A stretch of 64,000 nucleotides of DNA from a bacterium (GTDB lineage Bacteria > Bacteroidota > Bacteroidia > Bacteroidales > UBA932). The notes beneath the pieces are model-generated. The model had not been told where the DNA came from, did no database searches, and saw only the letters and a program-made list of their open reading frames with translations. Where the stretch lies: contig CAVBMN010000003.1 of assembly GCA_963596515.1 (NCBI GenBank), positions 1,468-65,467 of the forward strand, written 5' to 3'. Each line of letters starts with the position of its first letter. The first letter of the stretch is position 1. Shown one piece after another: positions 28,822 through 38,503 of the stretch. Both the position numbers and the translations under genes were made by a program.

Positions 28822-31800
28822 ATGCTTAAACATTTGATTGACCGTCCGATAACCGTGACGATGATAACTCTTGTCATCGTCGTGTTGGGCATTGTCAGCA
28901 TCCGTCTGCTGCCGGTGTCGCTGATTCCGGACGTGGACATCCCTTACATCACGGTGCAGGCCACGTCCTCGGAACTTTCGGCCAGGGAGATGGACGAGAG
29001 CGTGCTGAAGCCTCTGCGCCAGCAGCTCATCCAGATCAACGGGCTGGAGGACATTGTCAGCGAGGCCAAGGACGGCAGCGGGACGATCCGGCTCACGTTC
29101 AATCACGGTTCCGACATCGACTATCTTTTCATCGAGGTCAATGAGAAGATAGACCGGTCAATGTCCAGCCTTGGCGAAATCGCCCGCCCTAAGGTTCTGA
29201 AAGCCAGCGCCACGGACATTCCGGCGTTTTTCGTCAACATCACCTCGGCTGGAGAGACGTTTCCCCAGATGAGCCGCTTTGCTCGTGACGTGATCAGCAA
29301 ACGCATCGAGCAACTCTCCGAAGTCGCGATGGTGGACATCAGCGGTCTTGTCAGCGATGAGATTCTCATAATCCCGGACGAATCCAAGCTCCTCCAGATG
29401 GGGATGACGATATCCGAGTTCGAGAGCTGCGTCAGAAGCTCGAACATCCGCCTCGGCAGCCTCACAATCCGTGACGGAGAGTACCGCTATAATGTCAAGT
29501 TCGACTCACGTGCCTCCTCCAGCGAAGACATAGCCAACCTCTGGTTCAAGAAAGAAGGCCGTCTCCTTCAGATAAAGGACGTTGCCACGGTGATGGTTCA
29601 TCCCGCCAAACGGACCGGCCTCGTCCGCTCGGACGGAGAGGACGCCGTCTGCCTTGCCGTCATCAAACAGAGCGAGGCGAAGATGTCGGATCTGAAGTCG
29701 GCTATGAACGGTCTGATGGACAGCTTCAAGGAGGACTACCCTCAGTTGAGGTTCGAGATCACAAGGGACCAGACGCAACTTCTTGAATATACCATCAACA
29801 ATCTGTTGCAGAACATTATCGTCGCCCTCCTGCTGGCGAGCGTCATAATATTCCTCTTTATGAGGGACTTCCGCTCTCCGGCGCTGGTCATCCTGACGAT
29901 GCCGGTGGCGCTTATATTCTCGATGCTCTGCTTTTATGCCATCGGCTTGACTTTGAATATCATTTCACTTTCCGGCCTGCTTCTCGGAGTCGGAATGATG
30001 ACTGACAACACGGTCATCCTTGTGGACAACATAACCGGCCGCTGGCAGCGTGAGGGGAATCTGCGCTCGGCGGTGCTTGAGGGCACGAAGGAGGTGAGGG
30101 GAGCGATGCTCAGCTCCGTATTGACAACCTGTGCGGTGTTCATCCCGTTGATATTCCTGAGCGGCATCGCCGGAGCGATGTTTTACGATCAGGCGATGTC
30201 GGTGACAATCGTGCTGCTGACCTCGTACATCGTGACGATCCTCGTGATTCCGGTCTATTATTATTGGTGGTTCAAGGGCTCTGACGGATTCCGTCCGAGT
30301 CCGTTGCTGGAAAAGATCAACTTTGACGAGCCTATCCGCCGCTGGGATGACAGGCTTATGGAATGGTTCATCCGGCACAGACCGATCGCCTGGGGACTTC
30401 TTGTCGTCTCGGTCATCGGCTTGGTGTTCTGTTTCCTGGAGATGCCGAAATCCCGTCTTCCGGAGATGACCCAGACGGACGCTATAATGAAGATCGACTG
30501 GAACGAGCATATTTCTGTCGAGCGCAACACGGAACGGATCAAGGAGTTGGAGAGGAAACTGGCTGGAAGTGTGGAGCAGATGACCGCACTTGTGGGTTCC
30601 CAGCAATTCATTCTTAGCCACAGTGGTGACCAGGGCATTTCGGAAGCATCCGTCTATGTCAACTGCAAGGATCAGCGTACCCTTAAGAAAGTTCAGGACG
30701 AGCTGCGTGGTGTGATGGATGATGAATATCCCGCTGCTGCATATTCATTCGAAGCGTCCGGGAATATATTCGATATGGTTTTTGCCGGGAATGAGGCATC
30801 CTTGACCGCTCGTCTCCGTCCGGTGAAGACAGGTGAGGTAGAGGTAGGCCCGCTCAGGAATATGCTCGCCGAGATCAGGGAAGCTCTGCCGGGAGTGACG
30901 GTGGCGGATCCTCCTGTAAAGACCGATGCCCTCTTTGTCGCTGATCCTGATCTGCTTGCGCTTTATGGCATAGGCTATTCGGAACTCGTGTCAATCCTTC
31001 GGAACTCGCTAAATGAGAACCGCCTGTTCAACATAGTTCAGGGAACCAGTACGGTTCCGGTGGTGACCGGTTCCAACGCCTCCGGACTTTCTGAGATTCT
31101 TCAAGGAACATTCATCGAGAAGAAAGGCCTTGATGGGGAGACGTTCCGGATTCCGGTTTCGGATCTTATGCGCCAGACCTTTGTCGAGGATCTGAAAACA
31201 TTGGTAGCCGGCTCGGAGGACAACTACTATCCTCTTGACCTTGATGTGTCTTCCAAGGATGTCAAGCCTGTGATGGTCGCTGTAAGCGAGGCTGTGCGTG
31301 AGGACGGAGGTTTCGAGGTGGGATATTCAGGATCGTATTTCTCCAACAGCAAGATGATTAATGAGATGATCATCATAATGCTGGTGGCGATAATCCTGCT
31401 CTATTTGATCCTTGCCTCGCAGTTCGAGTCGCTTGTTCAGCCTTTGATTATCCTGTCGGAGATTGTAGTGGATGTGTTTGTGGCGCTGCTTGTCCTGTGG
31501 ATTTTCGGGGTCAGCATCAACCTGATGTCAATGATCGGACTGATTGTCATCACCGGTATCGTCATCAATGACTCCATTCTGAAGATTGACACGATCAATC
31601 GGATGCGCAAGGCCGGTGAGAGTCTTGAGAGGGCTGTCATTGATGCCTCGTCGTTGAGAGTCAAGGCTATCATAATGACATCATTGACAACCATTCTGGC
31701 GGTCTGCCCATTCCTCTCAAGAGGCAGTATGGGCGCCGATCTCCAGTACCCTATGTCCCTTGTGATCATCGCCGGAATGGTTGTCGGAACCCTTGTCAGC

Positions 31801-31857
31801 CTGTTCGTCGTGCCTGCGCTGTATTATTCAATTTACAATGGAAGAAAGAAAAAATAG
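28822..31857 (+). CDS. RND permease subunit 1
   Basis: 1011 aa, RND topology, GMMTDN (TM4), QFES, IIMTSLTT. Confidence 0.92.
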   Translation: MLKHLIDRPITVTMITLVIVVLGIVSIRLLPVSLIPDVDIPYITVQATSSELSAREMDESVLKPLRQQLIQINGLEDIVSEAKDGSGTIRLTFNHGSDIDYLFIEVNEKIDRSMSSLGEIARPKVLKASATDIPAFFVNITSAGETFPQMSRFARDVISKRIEQLSEVAMVDISGLVSDEILIIPDESKLLQMGMTISEFESCVRSSNIRLGSLTIRDGEYRYNVKFDSRASSSEDIANLWFKKEGRLLQIKDVATVMVHPAKRTGLVRSDGEDAVCLAVIKQSEAKMSDLKSAMNGLMDSFKEDYPQLRFEITRDQTQLLEYTINNLLQNIIVALLLASVIIFLFMRDFRSPALVILTMPVALIFSMLCFYAIGLTLNIISLSGLLLGVGMMTDNTVILVDNITGRWQREGNLRSAVLEGTKEVRGAMLSSVLTTCAVFIPLIFLSGIAGAMFYDQAMSVTIVLLTSYIVTILVIPVYYYWWFKGSDGFRPSPLLEKINFDEPIRRWDDRLMEWFIRHRPIAWGLLVVSVIGLVFCFLEMPKSRLPEMTQTDAIMKIDWNEHISVERNTERIKELERKLAGSVEQMTALVGSQQFILSHSGDQGISEASVYVNCKDQRTLKKVQDELRGVMDDEYPAAAYSFEASGNIFDMVFAGNEASLTARLRPVKTGEVEVGPLRNMLAEIREALPGVTVADPPVKTDALFVADPDLLALYGIGYSELVSILRNSLNENRLFNIVQGTSTVPVVTGSNASGLSEILQGTFIEKKGLDGETFRIPVSDLMRQTFVEDLKTLVAGSEDNYYPLDLDVSSKDVKPVMVAVSEAVREDGGFEVGYSGSYFSNSKMINEMIIIMLVAIILLYLILASQFESLVQPLIILSEIVVDVFVALLVLWIFGVSINLMSMIGLIVITGIVINDSILKIDTINRMRKAGESLERAVIDASSLRVKAIIMTSLTTILAVCPFLSRGSMGADLQYPMSLVIIAGMVVGTLVSLFVVPALYYSIYNGRKKK

Positions 31858-34800
31858 ACTTTCTCCATTCTCGGTTGTTCTGATTATGGTGGCGCTGTCC
31901 CTTGTTGGGTTGGCTTCGCTGCCGCGTCTTAACATCCAATACACCCCGATGACGGAAGGCCGCACGGTCTATGTGTCTTTTTATTACTCCAATGCCTCGG
32001 CGGAGATCATTGAGAGCGAGGCGACATCCAAGATCGAGGGTGTGCTGGCCGGGATACGCAATGTCACGGACATCTCCTCCACTTCCCGCAAAGGTTCCGG
32101 CTCAGTCTCAGTCAAGTTCCGCAAGGGCACGGATATGGATGCGGCCCGCTTCGAGGTCGCCTCGGCGATCAGAAACGTCTATCCGAGCCTGCCGAAAGAT
32201 GTTTCATATCCGGGAATATCCCTGTCCGGTGGCGGACGGGTTTCACGAATATCCTATCTCGTCAAGGGCGGGATCCCTTCCCGTGAGATTTCCAAATATG
32301 TCAAGGAACGCGTTCTCAGCCATTTGGCCGCCATCCCTGGAGTTGACATGGTCAATGTGGACGGCGGCGTGCCTTTCCAGTGGGTGATCACGTTCGATGC
32401 TGACAAGATCCAGTCTGTAGGCATCACCGCCGATGGGATCGCTTCGGCCTTTAATTCATATTACCGTGAGGAGATTCTCGGGATGACGGAAACCTCAGAA
32501 GGATTGATGACTGTGCGCTTGAAAGAAGCTTCGGACAAGGACTTCGGGGCGATTCCGGTCGGTAATATGAACGGGCGTGTGGTTCATTTGCGGGATATCG
32601 CCCAATGGCGCTATGAGGAAGCGTTGCCGTCCGGCTACTACCGTGTCAATGGCTTGAACACCATCACATTGTCGGTAGAGATAGCCTCCACCGCCAACCT
32701 GCTGACAGTGGCTTCTGCCGTCAAGGAGCGGATGGCGGAACTCCAAAAGAGTTTCCCTTCTGAAATCACCGCCGGCATCGCCTACGATTCCTCTGAATAT
32801 GTCAGTGAGGAACTCGGCAAGATCTACGTCCGGACCGCTCTCTGCATCTTGATCCTGCTGCTGTTCGTGTTCCTGATCAACAGATCGTGGCGGTATATGC
32901 TGATCATAGTCTTCACCTTGATGGTCAATGTCTTGACCGCATTGATGATCTACAGTTTCGCAGGCATCCAGATCCACATCTACACCCTCGCCGGAATCAC
33001 GGTCTCGCTCGGCATAGTCATCGATACTTCGATCGTGATGATCGACCACTATGCCCATTTCAAGGACCGGAAAGCCTTCCCATCCATCCTTTCCGCCGCT
33101 GCCACAACGGTCGGAGCCTTGATGATGGTGCTTCTGCTGCCCGAAAAGGAGAAAGCCAATCTCGTGGACTTCATCTGGGTGATTGTCATTAATTTAGGAT
33201 TGTCGTTGGTGATCTCCTACCTCTTCATCCCGTCGCTGATGGAATATATTCCTGTACGTCTGTCAGGTGGCGGCAAGGGGCGTTCTCCGAGGAAGATCCG
33301 CCGGATCCTGCGTTGGAACAGGTTCTACGCTTCTTACATCGGTTGGGGAGTGCGGCATCGTTGGGTGTATGTCCTTCTGTTCATCATCGCATTCGGAATC
33401 CCGCTCTGTCTGCTCCCGACCCGTCTGTCAGACTATGATAAGACCAAGGCAAGCGGATTCGATAAATTCCTCGATAATATTGTCACTTGGAAACCTTATG
33501 ACAGGAACCGCCAGGTCATCGACAAGGTGTTCAGCTCTTCTTTCGGCTTGTTTTACAAATCTCTGAACCGATCCAATTTCTACCGCGAGCCGGAGAAGAA
33601 ACGTCTGACTATCAACGCCGGTATGCTTGAAGGCTGTACCGTGAACCAGTTGAATGATGTCGTGAAGGCTATGGAGAATTACCTGTCTAAATTCGATGAG
33701 ATCTCCGTCTTCACCACATCGATATATTCCTACGACAACGCCGAGATTTCCGTGGAGTTCAAGCCTGAGTACGAGAACACAGGTTTCCCTTCCGTGCTGA
33801 AGTCAGAGGTCACGAGAATGGCGATCAATTTCGGCGGAGCGAACTGGAGAGTCTCAGGAATAGACGACAATAATTTCAACAACAACATCGTGTCGTCCTC
33901 CAAGAGCAATCGAATCTCGCTGAAGGGTTATAACTATCAGGAACTCAGTCATTATGCCGAAAAACTGATGACCTATCTCTCCGCCAACCGCCGTGTCCAG
34001 GGCGCGGAAATCTGGTCGGGAGGCTGGAACGGCCGTCCTTCGATGGAGTTTGTTCTGGACTACGATTTCGGACGGATGACACTCGCCGACATCAATCCTT
34101 ACGCCTACTACAATGCCTTGCGATCCTTGCTGTACGAGCGGAAGATCGGAACTTCTGAATATGATGGCGAGGCTGTCGATGTGGTCCTGCGTTCCTCGGA
34201 TCTGGACAGATATGACCTTTGGCACGTCCTGAACTCTCCGATAGATGTCGGGCAGAAAAAGATGACGCTTTCGAGTGTCGGGGGCATCGACAAGAGGCGC
34301 ACAGGTGTGACGATCAAGAAGAGCAACCAGTCCTACGAGTTGGTTGTATGCTATGATTTCATCGGCAGTTGGGAACTCAGCCGCTCCCTGTCCCAGAAGG
34401 CTGTCAAGTATATGAACGAGGAGGTGCTTCCGATCGGTTTCAAGGCCGAGGTTCCGGGCTGGGGTTGGTTCGACACCGCCAAGCAGCAGTACGCCTGGCT
34501 GTTGTTCCTGATTCTCGCCGTGATGTACGTGATGCTTGCGATGACCTTCGAGTCGTTCAGATACCCGCTTGCCGTGATCTTTATGGTCCCGGTCTCTTTC
34601 ATCGGCCTTTTCCTCGCCTTCGGTCTATCGGACTTCTCCTTCGACCAGGGCGGTTTCGCCGCCTTCGTGATGCTCAGCGGCATAGTCGTCAACGCCGGCA
34701 TCTACCTCATCACCACCTACCAGTCCCTCCTCCACAAATCGGTCCCTGTGGTTCGGCGGGCTCACCAACCATCGAAGGGGCACACGTTGGTCCCTGAGCT

Positions 34801-35065
34801 TGTCGAAGGGCCGGCAAATGTGGTTCAACAAGCTCACCAACCTGCCGCGTCCAGCATCCGCCTCTACGTCAAGTCCTACTCCCGCAAGATCAACCCGATC
34901 ACCCTTACCATAGTCTCCACCATCCTCGGCCTCCTCCCGTTCCTGACAGACGGCCCCGAGGAAGTCTTCTGGTTCGACTTTGCCGTAGGCACCATCTCCG
35001 GAATGCTCTTCTCCATCCTCGCCGTGATATTCATCCTTCCGATTTTCTGCGTCAGGCGGAAATAG
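31838..35065 (+). CDS. RND permease subunit 2
   Basis: Start MEERKNRLSPF overlaps the subunit 1 stop. GIVIDTS, TFES, GIVVNA. Carries a repeat-derived insertion near 34740-34845. Confidence 0.9.
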   Translation: MEERKNRLSPFSVVLIMVALSLVGLASLPRLNIQYTPMTEGRTVYVSFYYSNASAEIIESEATSKIEGVLAGIRNVTDISSTSRKGSGSVSVKFRKGTDMDAARFEVASAIRNVYPSLPKDVSYPGISLSGGGRVSRISYLVKGGIPSREISKYVKERVLSHLAAIPGVDMVNVDGGVPFQWVITFDADKIQSVGITADGIASAFNSYYREEILGMTETSEGLMTVRLKEASDKDFGAIPVGNMNGRVVHLRDIAQWRYEEALPSGYYRVNGLNTITLSVEIASTANLLTVASAVKERMAELQKSFPSEITAGIAYDSSEYVSEELGKIYVRTALCILILLLFVFLINRSWRYMLIIVFTLMVNVLTALMIYSFAGIQIHIYTLAGITVSLGIVIDTSIVMIDHYAHFKDRKAFPSILSAAATTVGALMMVLLLPEKEKANLVDFIWVIVINLGLSLVISYLFIPSLMEYIPVRLSGGGKGRSPRKIRRILRWNRFYASYIGWGVRHRWVYVLLFIIAFGIPLCLLPTRLSDYDKTKASGFDKFLDNIVTWKPYDRNRQVIDKVFSSSFGLFYKSLNRSNFYREPEKKRLTINAGMLEGCTVNQLNDVVKAMENYLSKFDEISVFTTSIYSYDNAEISVEFKPEYENTGFPSVLKSEVTRMAINFGGANWRVSGIDDNNFNNNIVSSSKSNRISLKGYNYQELSHYAEKLMTYLSANRRVQGAEIWSGGWNGRPSMEFVLDYDFGRMTLADINPYAYYNALRSLLYERKIGTSEYDGEAVDVVLRSSDLDRYDLWHVLNSPIDVGQKKMTLSSVGGIDKRRTGVTIKKSNQSYELVVCYDFIGSWELSRSLSQKAVKYMNEEVLPIGFKAEVPGWGWFDTAKQQYAWLLFLILAVMYVMLAMTFESFRYPLAVIFMVPVSFIGLFLAFGLSDFSFDQGGFAAFVMLSGIVVNAGIYLITTYQSLLHKSVPVVRRAHQPSKGHTLVPELVEGPANVVQQAHQPAASSIRLYVKSYSRKINPITLTIVSTILGLLPFLTDGPEEVFWFDFAVGTISGMLFSILAVIFILPIFCVRRK
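34741..34842. repeat. Cluster of 25-nt hairpin repeats inside RND subunit 2
   Basis: Nested unit 34741-34780; GGTCCCT-GAGCTTGTCGA-AGGGCC 34789-34812; GTGGT-TCAACAAGCTC-ACCAACC 34820-34842. Confidence 0.85.
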
Positions 35066-35090
35066 ATAATAGAATAGTCCGTACGCATTC

Positions 35091-35318
35091 TTGAATCTTC
35101 AGGAAACATTCTCTTCGGGGGATAATGGACGCGATATTTTACATAGTCAAGACCGGGTGCCAGTGGCGTATGCTCCCCAAGGACTTCGCCCCGTGGCAGA
35201 CCGTGTACTATTACTTCCGCAAGTGGAAGCACGAGGGTGCGCCGAAGGCCATCCAAAAGCTGGAACACAAGTTCCCTCGCCTGAAGAAGATCCTTGCCGA
35301 CGGCGGATACCAAGGCTA
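35091..35318 (+). mobile_element. Degenerate IS5-family transposase remnant
   Basis: LNLQE / KHSLRGIMDAIFYIVKTGCQWRMLPKDFAPWQTVYYYFRKW (DUF4096-type N-terminus) jumps directly to KKILADGGYQG. No intact DDE triad or ends. Confidence 0.85.
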
Positions 35319-35637
35319 CAATAATCAGAATCCGGAGGTACCTGAGATGTATGAGTATAATTTCGAGTGCGACAGGATGCGGTCCGTTGATTCTGAAGTG
35401 ATCGGTGAATATAACGGCATCTATTACGCTTACGACAGCCTTGATCTGGACTCAGAGCAGTTTGTCTTCCTGAGTATCAGATAACGCCTATATAATTGAT
35501 TGTTTTCGTGAAATGTCTATAAAACGCAATGGAGCATCAGTATGCTGTTTCATCGCGTAGCAGAAATCATTGTATTTACACAACGAAAATTTTATTGTAA
35601 CTTCGCAGCGTAAATTAAATTGTAACACATCGGCATT

Positions 35638-37152
35638 ATGGCTCTACCATCCGAAAAACTGGCACAATCACTTGCTGTCTTGCGACAGGTTCAGCAGACC
35701 AAGAAAAGCACAGTCATCAAGTCGTCAGACATCACAAGAACTCATCTTGAACGTCTGACCGACAATGGGTTCCTTATGAAAGTTCTCAATGGATGGTATA
35801 TCCGGTCAGACTCGGGCTCACGTTCTGGAGACACCACGGCCTGGTACATTTCCTACTGGAAATTCATTGACGAATATGTCCGTGAAAAACTCGGTGACGA
35901 CTGGTGCCTTTCGCCAGAAATCTCATTGGATATCCAGACAGGCAACTGGACGGTTCTGCCCCAATTGATAGTCCGTTCTCCGAAATGCTCAAACACGACG
36001 GTAAACCTGCTTTTCGGATGCAGCATATTCTTCTTAAAGGCGGAATGCGCAAGCAATATTGTCAAAGAAAACAGATATGGCTTGAATGTATATGGAATCC
36101 CTGAAGCATTAGCAATGTCATCACCAATCCTGTTCCAGAGGAACGCCATCACTGCAAGAACTGCATTGGCCTCTGTAAGAGACTCTTCGGATGTGCTGCC
36201 CTTCCTTTTGGACAAAGGACGTTCTTCACGTGCTGGCAGACTCATCGGTGCATTCAACAATGTACAAATGACAGCTATAGCCGATGACATTAAAGGCACA
36301 ATGACAAGGTTAGGTTACGTCATTCGTGAAGATGATCCATTCACGGAAAAACAGGCATTCGTCAGGGAACAGTCCCCATACGCAACAAGAATCCGCCTGA
36401 TGTGGCAGAGTATGCGAGATGCCGTCATTGTCACGAAACCGGATACTTCGGAAGCCATCAGCACAGAAAGCTATATGGAAGATGTCGAAGACCGCTACAA
36501 ACTTGACGCTTATCATTCCTTGTCAATAGAAGGCTATAAAGTGTCCGAAGAACTGATAGAAAAGGTTCGCAGCGGCAATTGGAAACCCGATTCAAACCCG
36601 TCAGACCGTGAGGACAAAAACGCTCTTGCGGCACGAGGCTATTGGCAGGCATTCCAGGAAGTCAAGAAAAGCATCCGCACGATACTTGGTGGTTCAAATG
36701 CCGGTGCAGTCGTCGAGAAAGACCACCGTAGATGGTATCAGGAAATGTTCGCCCCGTCTGTGATGGCAGGCATCATCAAAGTTTCTGACATAGCGGGGTA
36801 CAGATCAAACCAAGTGTACATCAGGAACTCCAAGCACACGCCTCTTAATCCCGAGGCCGTCAGGGATGCGATGCCTGTACTTTTTGATCTGCTTAAAAAT
36901 GAGCCTGACACTTGGGCCCGTGCCGTTCTGGGGCACTTCGTTTTCACGTTCATACACCCATATATGGACGGAAACGGCAGAATGGGCCGCTTCCTTATGA
37001 ATGCTATGTTCGCCTCCGGTGGCTACCGCTGGACAATCATCCCCAAGGACATCAGAGATGACTATATGGCAGCCCTTGAGAAAGCCAGTGTCGATGGAGA
37101 TATTCGGGAGTTTGCCACTCTATTATCCGGCATCGTCCGGAACAACAAATGA
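35638..37152 (+). CDS. Fic-family protein
   Basis: HPYMDGNGRMGR catalytic motif; SLSIEG autoinhibitory motif upstream of it. Confidence 0.92.
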   Translation: MALPSEKLAQSLAVLRQVQQTKKSTVIKSSDITRTHLERLTDNGFLMKVLNGWYIRSDSGSRSGDTTAWYISYWKFIDEYVREKLGDDWCLSPEISLDIQTGNWTVLPQLIVRSPKCSNTTVNLLFGCSIFFLKAECASNIVKENRYGLNVYGIPEALAMSSPILFQRNAITARTALASVRDSSDVLPFLLDKGRSSRAGRLIGAFNNVQMTAIADDIKGTMTRLGYVIREDDPFTEKQAFVREQSPYATRIRLMWQSMRDAVIVTKPDTSEAISTESYMEDVEDRYKLDAYHSLSIEGYKVSEELIEKVRSGNWKPDSNPSDREDKNALAARGYWQAFQEVKKSIRTILGGSNAGAVVEKDHRRWYQEMFAPSVMAGIIKVSDIAGYRSNQVYIRNSKHTPLNPEAVRDAMPVLFDLLKNEPDTWARAVLGHFVFTFIHPYMDGNGRMGRFLMNAMFASGGYRWTIIPKDIRDDYMAALEKASVDGDIREFATLLSGIVRNNK

Positions 37153-37322
37153 TAGGCCCTAGTCAAGAGAGTCTGGTTCATCATCTTCTGTTGTTTCAGA
37201 GTCCATTATGAATCAAAAACTTGTTTTGGGCAGAAAGAATGTTACAAAACCGCTTATGATACGTTATTGCAATAGAGGTTCAGTGAAATGAACTGCATTC
37301 GTAAATTATTCAAAATAAAATT

Positions 37323-38411
37323 ATGAGTAATACAGACCGTTGTATTTTGTGGTTTGCCACTAGCATTCTATTGCTGTCATGTTCTCAAAGCGCAAGCAAG
37401 GACGAAGTCGTCACCATTCCATTGGGCGCTTCGGTTGATATGGACAATCAACCGATGAATCCTACAATGTTCAAAGTCATCGATGTTACCAGAATGGAAT
37501 CTGCCGATGATGGCTTCTTGAGAAGAAGCTATTTTTTTGACATTGATGATGAAAGTGTCGGCGTGTATGATGGCGAAAGAATCTTGAAGGTAAGCATCGG
37601 ACAAGGTAATATATTGCAGAACATATCAAGAATTGGTAGGGGACCAGGTGAATATTTGGGTGCTGAAGACTGCCGCTACGATCCGGATAACAAGTGGTAT
37701 GAAGTGACAAGCCTATTGGACGGCAAGGTCATCTGGTACGATGAGAATGGTCGTTTCGTCAAAGAGATGACAGTAGGCGACCGAGGCTCATTCTGCCCTA
37801 TGGATGGTGGCCACTATGCCTATGTAAAGTCATATGATACGGATGAGGATTTTGAAATATATGATTCGGAGGGCAATCTTATCCGCCGGTCTGTGCTCGG
37901 ACATAAGGGTGTGCCAACTCAGATGCTTTATAGTCAGTCGTTCAGATGTTTTAACGAGCAGTCCTATTTTCTCCCGGCGTTGTCCGACACCCTCTATCTT
38001 GTAAATGTAGAGAAAGATGTTCCATTTCTTGTCTTTGACAAAGGGAGCAAGAAAATTCCAGAGGAATATTATTCCAACATCATATCCCGTGATCTGAGTG
38101 ATTACATAGACGGCCTCTCGTTTTATATCTGTGGTGATATGCTTTTTGCGAAATTCTGGTGTAAAGGGAAAATGATTATGGAAATATGGAACCTTACAGA
38201 CGGACGTTTGGCCTTTAAGTCTGAACTGTCTTCAGAATCTGATGATTATGGATTCCCGGTACAGGTGAATGGAGTGACCGTATATGTTTGGCCGAATGAT
38301 GTGTCGGGGAATATCCTTTATTGCACGCTGCTCCACCGTGAGGCTCTAAAGCTCTTCCCGGATCTTCCGGAGGATGCTAATCCCGTCTTCCTGCGTCTTC
38401 GTGTGAATTGA
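37323..38411 (+). CDS. 6-bladed beta-propeller lipoprotein
   Basis: Lipobox LLSC, ISRIGRGPGEY, terminal EDANPV. Confidence 0.8.
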   Translation: MSNTDRCILWFATSILLLSCSQSASKDEVVTIPLGASVDMDNQPMNPTMFKVIDVTRMESADDGFLRRSYFFDIDDESVGVYDGERILKVSIGQGNILQNISRIGRGPGEYLGAEDCRYDPDNKWYEVTSLLDGKVIWYDENGRFVKEMTVGDRGSFCPMDGGHYAYVKSYDTDEDFEIYDSEGNLIRRSVLGHKGVPTQMLYSQSFRCFNEQSYFLPALSDTLYLVNVEKDVPFLVFDKGSKKIPEEYYSNIISRDLSDYIDGLSFYICGDMLFAKFWCKGKMIMEIWNLTDGRLAFKSELSSESDDYGFPVQVNGVTVYVWPNDVSGNILYCTLLHREALKLFPDLPEDANPVFLRLRVN

Positions 38412-38503
38412 TTTTTCGGATGTCAATATGTTGTTGGATAACGTTGTCGTAAAATGATTATTTTTGTGTGGTAAACGCTTATTAGAAATTAAAGTATGAC
38501 ATT

